NCBI GenBank assembly: GCA_028714095.1 | Contig: JAQTMY010000001.1 | Location: 277,804 to 341,803 of the forward strand | Reading direction: 5' to 3' | Length of the DNA stretch: 64,000 nt | From: Candidatus Nanoarchaeia archaeon | GTDB taxonomy: Archaea > Nanobdellota > Nanobdellia > SCGC-AAA011-G17 > JACPNG01 | Shown: positions 44,688 through 53,532 of the stretch, in pieces | How the letters are laid out: the number at the start of each line of letters is the position of its first letter | Numbering within the stretch: position 1 is the stretch's first letter | Notes under the pieces: generated by a model | What the model was told of the DNA's origin: nothing | Databases searched by the model: none | Seen by the model: the letters and a program-made list of their open reading frames with translations, nothing else | Program-made: the position numbers and the translations under genes

Positions 44688-45659
44688 ATGATTAAAGAAT
44701 TAGATTTATTAGACAAAAAAATATTGTATGAACTAGATATAAACTCAAGACAACCTCTAACAGTCTTGTCTAAAAAGGTTGGTAAAAGTAGAAATGTAAT
44801 TGAGTATAGAATAAAAAAACTCCAAGAAAAAGGAATTATTCAAGGCTTTGTAACTTTACTTGATGCAGGAAAATTAGGATTGACTGTATGGAATGTATAC
44901 CTAGAATTTCAAAATTTAGATTCAAAAAAAGAAAAAGAAATTATAAATTATCTAAAAAATAATTCTAAGATATGGTGGGTCGGTTTGACTACAGGTAAAT
45001 GGAATTTAATTTATAGTATATTTGTTAAAAATATAAAAGAATTTTACAACACAGTAACCGACTTTAATTCTAAATTTGGTAACTATATCCTTAACCAAAG
45101 TTTAGCGGCCCATGTGGATGTGGAGGTCATATCAAGAGGATATTTTTTAAATAAGCCAGGACTGAGTGTTGAATGGTACAAGGAATTTAAATCAATAAGC
45201 TTAGATGAAGTAGATAAAAAGATACTAAAAGAGTTAGCAACAAATGCAAGAATTTCATCAATAGAATTAGCTAAAAAACTAAATCTATCCCCTCGGATTA
45301 TATCTTATAGGATTAAAGAATTATTAAAAAAAGAAGTAATAACAAGATTTAGGCTTCAACTAAATGTGAAAAAATTTAACTATGGTTTTTATAAAATAAT
45401 TATTTACTTAAAAACAATTTCAAAAGATTATGATATCCAATTAAAAGAATATTGTAGACAGTTAGGAAATATAGTCCATTATGAGAAAAAGATCGGCCCC
45501 TGGATGTTGGAATTGGAATTAGATTCTGAAAGCTATGAAAAAGTAAATGAATTAATGAAGGTTATGAAAGAAAAATTTCCAGAGTATATCAAAAGTTATG
45601 AAATAATGTTAGTTTATGATGAACCAAAAGGAGAGTTGGATTTAACACAACAATTATAA
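44688..45659 (+). CDS. Tandem Lrp/AsnC-family transcriptional regulator
   Basis: Two HTH modules: LDKKILYELDINSRQPLTVLSKKVGKSRNVIEYRIKKLQEKGII and VDKKILKELATNARISSIELAKKLNLSPRIISYRIKELLKKEVI. Confidence 0.7.
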   Translation: MIKELDLLDKKILYELDINSRQPLTVLSKKVGKSRNVIEYRIKKLQEKGIIQGFVTLLDAGKLGLTVWNVYLEFQNLDSKKEKEIINYLKNNSKIWWVGLTTGKWNLIYSIFVKNIKEFYNTVTDFNSKFGNYILNQSLAAHVDVEVISRGYFLNKPGLSVEWYKEFKSISLDEVDKKILKELATNARISSIELAKKLNLSPRIISYRIKELLKKEVITRFRLQLNVKKFNYGFYKIIIYLKTISKDYDIQLKEYCRQLGNIVHYEKKIGPWMLELELDSESYEKVNELMKVMKEKFPEYIKSYEIMLVYDEPKGELDLTQQL

Positions 45660-45681
45660 AAAAGAAAAAATTAATTTTTAT

Positions 45682-46608
45682 TTATGTGAAATCTGTATTC
45701 TCCACAGTAAATGATGTTGCTATCGTGTCTTTATAGAAGTATGTTAACTCAATGTTCAATGGCTTCTTAAATGCAGTTTCCTGCAAGCTTGCTGTATCAA
45801 TGTCACAGCTTATTGTTCTTGCTCCACCAATTAATTCTACAAGACCATCATTACTATCTCCCAATCTGGCACATTTAATTGAAAGGTCTCCAACCCCGGA
45901 GAGTTTGACTCTTATTTTATCCTCCAATTCATCATTTAATCCACACTCAGAACTGAATGTTCCAGGAGCATAAACAACACCATCACCCTGAACCATTATG
46001 TCAAATGTTAGTTTTATTGATGTGCTTCTTGGAATCTGGCTCATACTTACTATACTGACAGGAGCTCCTGAGTTTTCTATACTCATGGCTTCATTGCTTA
46101 ATTCACACTGATCTTCATCGCCTTGACTGTTTGGTTTCTTCTTTAAGCATAAGTCACCAACAGCTTTTGTTTGGTATTCATAGCATACATCTGCTCTCAA
46201 GTCCTGAGGAAAATCTGAATCAAGATCATATTTATATTTTGCATTCTTGAACCTGACTTCAATCTGATCTGGCTCAGTAACCTTTTCTCTTATCTTGCTT
46301 CTTTTCTCAATCTTGGTTGTTGTTCTTTGAGATAATGAGCTTAGAGAAAATGCATCTTTTTCAATACCCTGCAACGTAACTATCATTTTTCCAGCCTCAA
46401 TGTCAGCTTCGCCCTGGTTCTTGGCAATTATTCCAATATCAAATTCATCTTCATTATTGTCTCCTACAACTAAAGGGGGTTCTCCTTCAACAAAGCCTAG
46501 TTCTAATCCTGTTGTCCCTCCTATAAATCTCCCACTCGTAGTTGTATCTGTTTGTGAACAACCAACTAAGAACAACCCCAATACTAATATCAAAAGATAC
46601 CTTTTCAT
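45682..46608 (-). CDS. Lipobox-type secreted protein, unknown function
   Basis: MKRYLLILVLGLFLVGCSQTD. Its start lies 1 nt after the stop of the upstream gene. Confidence 0.5.
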   Translation of the reverse strand: MKRYLLILVLGLFLVGCSQTDTTTSGRFIGGTTGLELGFVEGEPPLVVGDNNEDEFDIGIIAKNQGEADIEAGKMIVTLQGIEKDAFSLSSLSQRTTTKIEKRSKIREKVTEPDQIEVRFKNAKYKYDLDSDFPQDLRADVCYEYQTKAVGDLCLKKKPNSQGDEDQCELSNEAMSIENSGAPVSIVSMSQIPRSTSIKLTFDIMVQGDGVVYAPGTFSSECGLNDELEDKIRVKLSGVGDLSIKCARLGDSNDGLVELIGGARTISCDIDTASLQETAFKKPLNIELTYFYKDTIATSFTVENTDFT

Positions 46609-46609
46609 T

Positions 46610-47896
46610 TTATTTTTCCTCCAGGTAAATATTTAAACTTCCAATTGTGAAATCATTTCTTGGTTCAATCTTTATGTAGTTAGCTCCTCTCTGGACATAA
46701 TCTGAAATATCCTTTTTGAATATTTCATCTTTTGTGTCCATATTAAAATAAATGTCATTGATGAATATTTTTGCTTTCTTAGAATCAATCTTATTGTCAA
46801 ATTTCATCCTTAATATAACATTTTTAACTTCATATTCTGAGTCGCAATCAGCTACACAGTCGGTATAATCTGTTGTTCCTTTAGTATAGCTATCTTTGCA
46901 TTCATCAATGCATAAATCATAATCAGGAACGTCTATGTAATCATAGTCATCATCCTCAATGAAGAAGGTATATTCTTCTTCAGATGCCTCTGAAACCTCT
47001 AATTCAAGAACAACATCCTCAAGTATGAAGTCTCCTTTGTCAATATTAAATTCTAAAACATTTGTATCCTCTTTTAGGAAATCTTTTTCAATATCTAAGA
47101 CCGTTTCCCCTGCAGTGTCACACAAAACCTTTCCTTTATATATCTGGTTGTTGTTTAGGTTTATTATCAATAATCCCTCTCCAAGGTTTACACAGTTTAG
47201 ATAATATTTTAATTCTGCTTTCTTAATCCCTTTTTCTTCAGAAGAGGTCATAACAAATGTTCTTTTTACTTTTTTATTCTCTTCCATAAATCCATATTTT
47301 AAGTAAAGATCACTCAGTTCAAATTCTTTCTTGAAGATTGCAGACTTGACAATAAACTTTAAAGTATTATCTTTTTTAAGATAATTTTTAGGCAGTTCAA
47401 TTGGCAGTTCTTGTGTAATTATCTTGCCATCAAATACTTTCTGGCCGTTAAGTTCTATTAGAATATCTCCCGAGCCCTTTGCCAGGAAGAAATAAAGATC
47501 TACTTTGTCTGCCACTTCTGCATTTTCCAACCTGAAATATACTGTTTCAGGGGTGTTTGAAAACAAGGTTCTGCTGAAATATATCTTATCTCTTAGGTCA
47601 ATTAACTCCTCAGTAATTTTAGAATAAATTGCAATGTTATTGAATTCTTTTTTGATAGTATCTTCATCAAATTTATACACCCTCCCAGGAGAAACTGCCA
47701 ATAAACTGACTTTATTCAATTCAGTTTGAGTAGTTTCAGTGGAATCTGATGGAATTGTTCCGGTATCATATTTTAAAAGTTCATCTCTCTGTTCAGCAGG
47801 TAATAAGATTACATAAACAATTATGAATAAAGCCAAAAGAAGGACAAAAGCGGCTACAGCTGCACCTCCTTCTAATGCACCTCTTCTCTCTCTCAT
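46610..47896 (-). CDS. Extracellular protein with archaellin/pilin-like N-terminus
   Basis: MRERRGALEGGAAVAAFVLLLALFIIVYVIL: an RRG-A cleavage-site-like motif followed by a hydrophobic stretch. The start at 47896 is preferred over 47908. Confidence 0.5.
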   Translation of the reverse strand: MRERRGALEGGAAVAAFVLLLALFIIVYVILLPAEQRDELLKYDTGTIPSDSTETTQTELNKVSLLAVSPGRVYKFDEDTIKKEFNNIAIYSKITEELIDLRDKIYFSRTLFSNTPETVYFRLENAEVADKVDLYFFLAKGSGDILIELNGQKVFDGKIITQELPIELPKNYLKKDNTLKFIVKSAIFKKEFELSDLYLKYGFMEENKKVKRTFVMTSSEEKGIKKAELKYYLNCVNLGEGLLIINLNNNQIYKGKVLCDTAGETVLDIEKDFLKEDTNVLEFNIDKGDFILEDVVLELEVSEASEEEYTFFIEDDDYDYIDVPDYDLCIDECKDSYTKGTTDYTDCVADCDSEYEVKNVILRMKFDNKIDSKKAKIFINDIYFNMDTKDEIFKKDISDYVQRGANYIKIEPRNDFTIGSLNIYLEEK

Positions 47897-47942
47897 AAAC
47901 AAATACATAAGTTTATTAATATATAAAGTTTGTTGTTAATAA

Positions 47943-49004
47943 ATGAGGCTAATTGCTTCTGATTTTAAAAAAGGCAATGTAAAATTAAAGATTGATACCC
48001 CCGAAGATTTGTGGTACCTTTCTCAGGTTTTAGATAAAGGGGATTTTGTAACAGGTAAAGCAACAAGAAAAATAAATCTCTCTGAATCTAGCTCAAAATC
48101 CTCTGTTGTAAAAAAAACAATAACCCTTAAGATAGAAGTTGAAAAGCAGGAGTTCCAGCCTTCTTCTAATATTCTTAGGCTTTTAGGAATTGTTAGATCT
48201 GAGATAGAAGATATCCCAAAAGGTTCGCATCATTCAATAAATATTGAAATAGGTTCTATAATTTCAATAAATAAGCAGTGGCTTAACTACCAGATTAAAA
48301 GATTAAAGGAGGCTTCTGAAAATAAAAAATCAGATATTCTTATTGTTGTATTAGATAGATCTGATGCAAGCTTTGCTTTACTAACGTCCCATGGTTATGA
48401 ATATCTGTCTGAACTTGAAGGAGAGGTTGAAAACAAAAGAACAAATCAAAAACCAACAAAAAATTTCTATTTAGAAGTTATTGAGCAGCTAAATGAATAT
48501 GTGAAAAGACTTAAAATTAAGACGATAATCTTGGCTTCACCATCCTTTTGGAAAGAGGATTTATTAAAGGAAATTGAGTCTAAAAATATTGAATTAGCCA
48601 ATATAATTAGGTTAGCTTCCTGTAATGTTACAGGTAAGGCCGGTATAGAAGAAGTATTAAGCAGGACAGAGGTAAAACAAATTCTAAAACAAGATAGAGT
48701 TATAATTGAAACAGATTTAGTTGATCATTTACTTATGAACATTGCAAAAGAAACTCTTTCTTCTTATGGATTAAGGCATGTTGAGGCAGCTGTAAATGCA
48801 GGTGCTGTTTCTAATTTATTAATTACTGATAAAACCCTATTGGAACATAAGGAAAAAGGAGAATTTGATAAAATTGAAAAATTAATGAGAGATGTAGAAT
48901 CTTCCCATGGAGAGGTGATAATAATCTCAACAGAGCATGATGCAGGAAAAAAATTGCAGGGCCTAAGTGGAATTGGTGCAATCTTAAGATATGAATTTAA
49001 GTAA
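47943..49004 (+). CDS. pelA: Pelota (Dom34) mRNA surveillance factor
   Basis: N-terminal pattern GNVKLKIDTPEDLWYLSQVLDKGDFV; 353 aa. Confidence 0.85.
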   Translation: MRLIASDFKKGNVKLKIDTPEDLWYLSQVLDKGDFVTGKATRKINLSESSSKSSVVKKTITLKIEVEKQEFQPSSNILRLLGIVRSEIEDIPKGSHHSINIEIGSIISINKQWLNYQIKRLKEASENKKSDILIVVLDRSDASFALLTSHGYEYLSELEGEVENKRTNQKPTKNFYLEVIEQLNEYVKRLKIKTIILASPSFWKEDLLKEIESKNIELANIIRLASCNVTGKAGIEEVLSRTEVKQILKQDRVIIETDLVDHLLMNIAKETLSSYGLRHVEAAVNAGAVSNLLITDKTLLEHKEKGEFDKIEKLMRDVESSHGEVIIISTEHDAGKKLQGLSGIGAILRYEFK

Positions 49005-50021
49005 TCTTGGTTCTTTCAATAATAATCTAACTACAAACCTGCTTGGAAAATCCCGGTCATAACTTTCCATAACTTTTTTTAATTTTTCCTGACTGAATAA
49101 TTCCACTAGTTCATTATATCCTTTATCATTAAGCCTATCCAGTCTTTTTCTCATCCTCGAGTTTAATATCAGCTCTTTCTTTAATTTTTGATTAACCCTG
49201 AACTCATAATTTTTAAATCCCTTTGAAAATTCCCTTGCAGCAATTAATCCAGGAATAATCCCCCCGAAAGTTGTTGTTTTAATTTGTGTTGCGGCATCTC
49301 CAACCAAAAAAATATTATCCTTGGATATCCTTGATAAAGGATTATAGATTGGGATAATCCCCCCTTGTTTGTTAATTATTTTCCCCCCCTCCAGTTTTAA
49401 TATTTTTTTGAATTCTATATTAAGATTTTTATTTGAAGCAATTCCTACCCTTGCAATTTTATTATTTTCAGGAACAACCCATGAGAAAGTTCCAATACCT
49501 AAATAAAATTTGACTAGGTCTTCATTAAACTTTCCTTTGAGCCTGACCTGTTTTGCAGCAATAAATTTTCTCTTATTGAATAATCCAGAATCCCTGGCAA
49601 CCCTTGAGAATGGGCCATCAGCCCCAATTATAAACTCATCCTTAACTCTTAAATTTTTAAAAATTAATTCATGGTCCTTTAATCTTATTAATTTTTCATT
49701 AGTTATTATCTTGACTCCTCTTTCTCTTGCTTTGTCAGCAATAAAACAGTCAAATTTACTTCTATCTAATACAAGATTTTTGTTTCTTAAATTAATAAAT
49801 AAACTTTTGTGGTTTGGGGCGATTATTTCTGCTTCTGGGATCTTATTAAGGATATAATCTTCTGAATAAATTTCTCTTGGTAGATTATTTGTTATTATCC
49901 CGGTGCATTGTACAGGTTTCCCAATCTCTTTGTCTTCCTCATAGATTTTTACATCATATTTTTTGGCTAAATTAAATCCTGAATAACTCCCTGCAGGTCC
50001 TGCTCCAATAATAGAAACCAT
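48984..50021 (-). CDS. Geranylgeranyl reductase family FAD-dependent oxidoreductase
   Basis: IIGAGPAGSYSG dinucleotide motif; VQCTGIIT; 345 aa. Confidence 0.8.
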   Translation of the reverse strand: MVSIIGAGPAGSYSGFNLAKKYDVKIYEEDKEIGKPVQCTGIITNNLPREIYSEDYILNKIPEAEIIAPNHKSLFINLRNKNLVLDRSKFDCFIADKARERGVKIITNEKLIRLKDHELIFKNLRVKDEFIIGADGPFSRVARDSGLFNKRKFIAAKQVRLKGKFNEDLVKFYLGIGTFSWVVPENNKIARVGIASNKNLNIEFKKILKLEGGKIINKQGGIIPIYNPLSRISKDNIFLVGDAATQIKTTTFGGIIPGLIAAREFSKGFKNYEFRVNQKLKKELILNSRMRKRLDRLNDKGYNELVELFSQEKLKKVMESYDRDFPSRFVVRLLLKEPRLLKFIS

Positions 50022-50061
50022 CTTAGTAAATTATTTAAACAACCCACTTTTATATAAGCGT

Positions 50062-51747
50062 ATGGGTGTTATAAGGGCTGTAAAAGACCTAAACAGGCTT
50101 AAAAAAATAGTTAATGTTTTATTTTCTTATGAATTAGGCAACTTGGTTTATAATCTGGGTTTGACAAAGCATCTAGCTTTTAGGAGAAGATTACAACATA
50201 AAAATCTTTTAAATAAAACCGAGTTTATAGCAGTCAAACTTAGGGAATCTATGGAAGAACTTTCTGGAGCTTTTGTAAAGCTTGGCCAGTTATTGAGTTT
50301 GCGTCCTGATTTAATCCCAAAAGAATACTGCGATGAATTTTCAAAACTGCAGGATAACCTTGAGCCATTTAATTATATTTATGTTAAAAGAATTATTGAG
50401 GACGAATTAAAGCGTCCTCTAAGCAAGGTATTTTCCTCTTTTGACAAGGAACCAATTGCCTCTGCTTCAATTGGCCAGGTTCATAAAGCAAAGCTCATCT
50501 CTGGAGAAATAGTTGCTGTAAAAGTACAACGACCCCATATAGAAGAAATTTTTGAAACCGATCTCGATTTACTTTATCATCTTGCTCATCTTGCTGAAAA
50601 AAAAATACCTGAGCTAAGACAGTATGATTTAAATGTAATTATCAAAGAATTTGAGGATTATACAAAAAAAGAACTAAATTATATTGTTGAAGCAAAAAAC
50701 ATTGATGATTTCTATAATAATTTCAAGCAGAATATAAATATAAAAATCCCCCGGGTATTCTGGGAATTTACGACTAAAAAAGTCCTGACTATGGAATTTA
50801 TTGATGGAGAGAAGATAACTGAAATAAAAAAATTAACAGAAGAAAGAAAAAAAAGAATAATTAAACTATTAACTGAATCACTAATCCACCAGGTTATTGA
50901 TTTTAGGATATTCCATGCAGACCCTCACCCAGGAAATATTTTATTATTGGAGAAAGACAGAATAGCTTTTCTTGATTTTGGGATTGTAGGTAGATTAAAT
51001 GAAGAACTTATTGAAAGGATAGAAAACGTAATGATTGGACTTATCAAGCCAGATAAGAATATTCTTGCAAAAGCCCTGATAGAGCTTGGTTTTGTAAAGG
51101 ATGGAGTTCCTGTAGATGAATTTAAGGAAGACCTCTCTCATTATCTAAGCTCTTATTATAATCTGGATGAATCCAGGATAGACCTTTCCTCTGCCTTGTA
51201 TGATATCCTTACCTTGTCAAGAAAATATAAAATGAAAATGCCAACGAGTTTTGTTTTGCTCGTTAAGTCTATTGCAACAACAGAGGGACTTGTAAGAAAT
51301 CTTGATCCAGAATATAATCTTGTAAAAGCCCTCAGGCCTGAAATATCCAAGATTATAAAGAAAAGGGCCACAGGAAAATTCGCATTTATTAAGTTAAAGA
51401 AAGAGGTTGATGAATTTACAGAGAATGTAAGGGAAATTCCTAAGGACGTGAGAGAGGCCCTGAAAAACATTAAAGACGGAAAAATAAGAGTGGACATAAA
51501 TAATAATGACATAAACAAATTTACTCTTGAATTAGATAGATCCAGTAATAGATTAACGTTTGGAGTTGTAATTGCAGCTTTATTGGTTTCGTCTGCATTG
51601 GTTATGGTTGCAGATCTGCCTCCATTGTATTTGGGGATCCCCATTCTAGGTATAATCTTTTTTATATTGGCAATCTTGTTTACTCTTGCCCTGTTGATAT
51701 CGATTATTAGAGAGAAAAGAGGTGAAAAATATGAAGAAACAAATTAA
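50062..51747 (+). CDS. ABC1/UbiB-family atypical kinase with C-terminal TM helices
   Basis: ASASIGQVHKAKL..GEIVAVKVQRP and HADPHPGNILL motifs. Confidence 0.8.
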   Translation: MGVIRAVKDLNRLKKIVNVLFSYELGNLVYNLGLTKHLAFRRRLQHKNLLNKTEFIAVKLRESMEELSGAFVKLGQLLSLRPDLIPKEYCDEFSKLQDNLEPFNYIYVKRIIEDELKRPLSKVFSSFDKEPIASASIGQVHKAKLISGEIVAVKVQRPHIEEIFETDLDLLYHLAHLAEKKIPELRQYDLNVIIKEFEDYTKKELNYIVEAKNIDDFYNNFKQNINIKIPRVFWEFTTKKVLTMEFIDGEKITEIKKLTEERKKRIIKLLTESLIHQVIDFRIFHADPHPGNILLLEKDRIAFLDFGIVGRLNEELIERIENVMIGLIKPDKNILAKALIELGFVKDGVPVDEFKEDLSHYLSSYYNLDESRIDLSSALYDILTLSRKYKMKMPTSFVLLVKSIATTEGLVRNLDPEYNLVKALRPEISKIIKKRATGKFAFIKLKKEVDEFTENVREIPKDVREALKNIKDGKIRVDINNNDINKFTLELDRSSNRLTFGVVIAALLVSSALVMVADLPPLYLGIPILGIIFFILAILFTLALLISIIREKRGEKYEETN

Positions 51748-51943
51748 ATCTATTATTAAGAAATTATTTGATAAACCAACAAAAAACAAAATTAAGAAAG
51801 CTGCAAAAATCACAGTTAGAGAGGCAAAGATCGTTGCCCCTAAAGCAAAAAAAGAAGTTGAAAAGATTTATCATTTTGGAAAGGATCATGCAAAAAAAAT
51901 AATCATAGAGATCAACAAAGAACCAGGGAAAAAGAAGAGATGA
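51731..51943 (+). CDS. Small Lys-rich protein (hypothetical)
   Basis: ORF overlapping the ends of both neighbours; composition-only evidence. Confidence 0.3.
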   Translation: MKKQIKSIIKKLFDKPTKNKIKKAAKITVREAKIVAPKAKKEVEKIYHFGKDHAKKIIIEINKEPGKKKR

Positions 51944-52794
51944 TGATTTTTTGGATACTAACCTTAATAGGATTAATCGGATTAGTTCTAGCTTCTTATT
52001 TTGATATTAAAACAAAGGAAGTCCCAAATATCATCAGTTTTTCAATGATTGCTCTTGGGTTAGGATTAAGATTGATTTATTCAATAATAACAAAGAATGA
52101 AATGTTTTTTAGGAACTCTTTGTTGATAGTTTCGGTATTTTTTATACTTGGCGGGATTTTGTATGTGTATAAAAAATGGGGGGGAGCAGACACAAAAATT
52201 CTTATGGCCCTGGGGGCTTTATTTTACCCATGGTCAACTCCTTACTTTTTAGTCTCATTTTTAATAATCTTTTTATTGGTTGCTTCTGTTTATGGTTTTA
52301 TCTGGGCAGCATATGTTTCAATAAAGCATAAGGAAGAATTCAAGAAAACTTTTGTTATAATATATAAAAAGAAAAAAACCCAGACAATAATATTATTTTT
52401 TGTTTTTCTGCTGCTTTTTGTTATTTCTCTGATCGTATCTGATATTTCCTTAAGGTTTGTTTTGATGTTGCTTGCAATCCTGTCATTGCTTTATCACTAT
52501 TTGTGGATATTTACCAAGGCTGTTGAAAAGTCCTGCATGGAAAAAACAGTTCCTGTTTCAAAACTTGTAGAAGGAGATTGGATTATTGGAGAAATTAAAA
52601 AAGGAAATAAAGTATTATATCCTAAAGATTTGCCACTTATCACAAAAAACCATATTAGTTTATTCAAGAAGTATGGAATTAAGGAAGTAAGAATAAGGGA
52701 GGGATTTGCTTTTATCCCGGTTTTCCTTATCACATTGGTAATAACTCTTTTCTTTGATAAGGTGTTCTTAACTTATGTAACTACCTTATTGTAG
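51940..52794 (+). CDS. A24-family prepilin/preflagellin peptidase (PibD/FlaK/EppA-like)
   Basis: Two catalytic Asp motifs in TM context: ASYFDIKTKEVPN and KKWGGADTKILMALG. C-terminal extension of about 90 aa. Confidence 0.75.
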   Translation: MMIFWILTLIGLIGLVLASYFDIKTKEVPNIISFSMIALGLGLRLIYSIITKNEMFFRNSLLIVSVFFILGGILYVYKKWGGADTKILMALGALFYPWSTPYFLVSFLIIFLLVASVYGFIWAAYVSIKHKEEFKKTFVIIYKKKKTQTIILFFVFLLLFVISLIVSDISLRFVLMLLAILSLLYHYLWIFTKAVEKSCMEKTVPVSKLVEGDWIIGEIKKGNKVLYPKDLPLITKNHISLFKKYGIKEVRIREGFAFIPVFLITLVITLFFDKVFLTYVTTLL

Positions 52795-52799
52795 TAAAG

Positions 52800-52807
52800 T
52801 TTATAAA
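52800..52807 (+). promoter_or_regulatory. TATA box TTTATAAA
   Basis: Lies 28-35 nt upstream of the ATG at 52835. Confidence 0.4.
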
Positions 52808-52834
52808 TAAGCCTCCTTACCCTCCTTGATCAAA

Positions 52835-53530
52835 ATGGATAAATTAAGACAACTGAGTCTGATAGCAATAATTACTGTAATTGGGGCAAAAAGCCCAAAT
52901 CTAGACTTAAATATATTAAAAAAATCAATAATTGAAGAAGCAAAATCTTGTTATGAGTTTCAGGTTGATCCCTCTCAATTTAACTATTCTGATTATATTG
53001 CTAAGATCAAAGGGAATGAGTCAATCCAAAAAGAGTTTGATATTAAAAATCTAAGTCAACTAGAGCAAAAATTCCTTGAAAAAAATATTTTATTTACTAG
53101 ATCCAGAAGCCCCCAGCTTAGATCATATGAAACAACAACAGTGCAGGATCCTATAACTTATTTCCTAGGCAAAATCGAAAGAGAAGATAGATTAATTATT
53201 AATACAAAAAAAGGAGAAATTTACTTTTATTTAATTTCTAATCCAGATGAATTAAACTTTGTTAAACATCCCTCCTTTGATAAAGATAAATATCATAAAG
53301 AAATCCAAATTTATTTTTGTAACCCAATCATCAAATCATTTTTTAGTCATGCAGATATGATCAATCCTGCCATGTGTGTTGATTCAACATTTATTTATTT
53401 TGATTTAGAAGATTTAAGAGGAAGAAATTTTTCCAACGTGCTTAAACGTGAAGTTATAAGGACAGTATACAAAGATTTCAAGATGTCAAGCCAAGATACA
53501 GAAGCTTTAGTACAAAAAATAGAGTTTTGA
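52835..53530 (+). CDS. Hypothetical protein
   Basis: ORF only. ATG at 52835 is preferred over the TTG at 52826 because of the TATA spacing. Confidence 0.4.
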   Translation: MDKLRQLSLIAIITVIGAKSPNLDLNILKKSIIEEAKSCYEFQVDPSQFNYSDYIAKIKGNESIQKEFDIKNLSQLEQKFLEKNILFTRSRSPQLRSYETTTVQDPITYFLGKIEREDRLIINTKKGEIYFYLISNPDELNFVKHPSFDKDKYHKEIQIYFCNPIIKSFFSHADMINPAMCVDSTFIYFDLEDLRGRNFSNVLKREVIRTVYKDFKMSSQDTEALVQKIEF

Positions 53531-53532
53531 TT

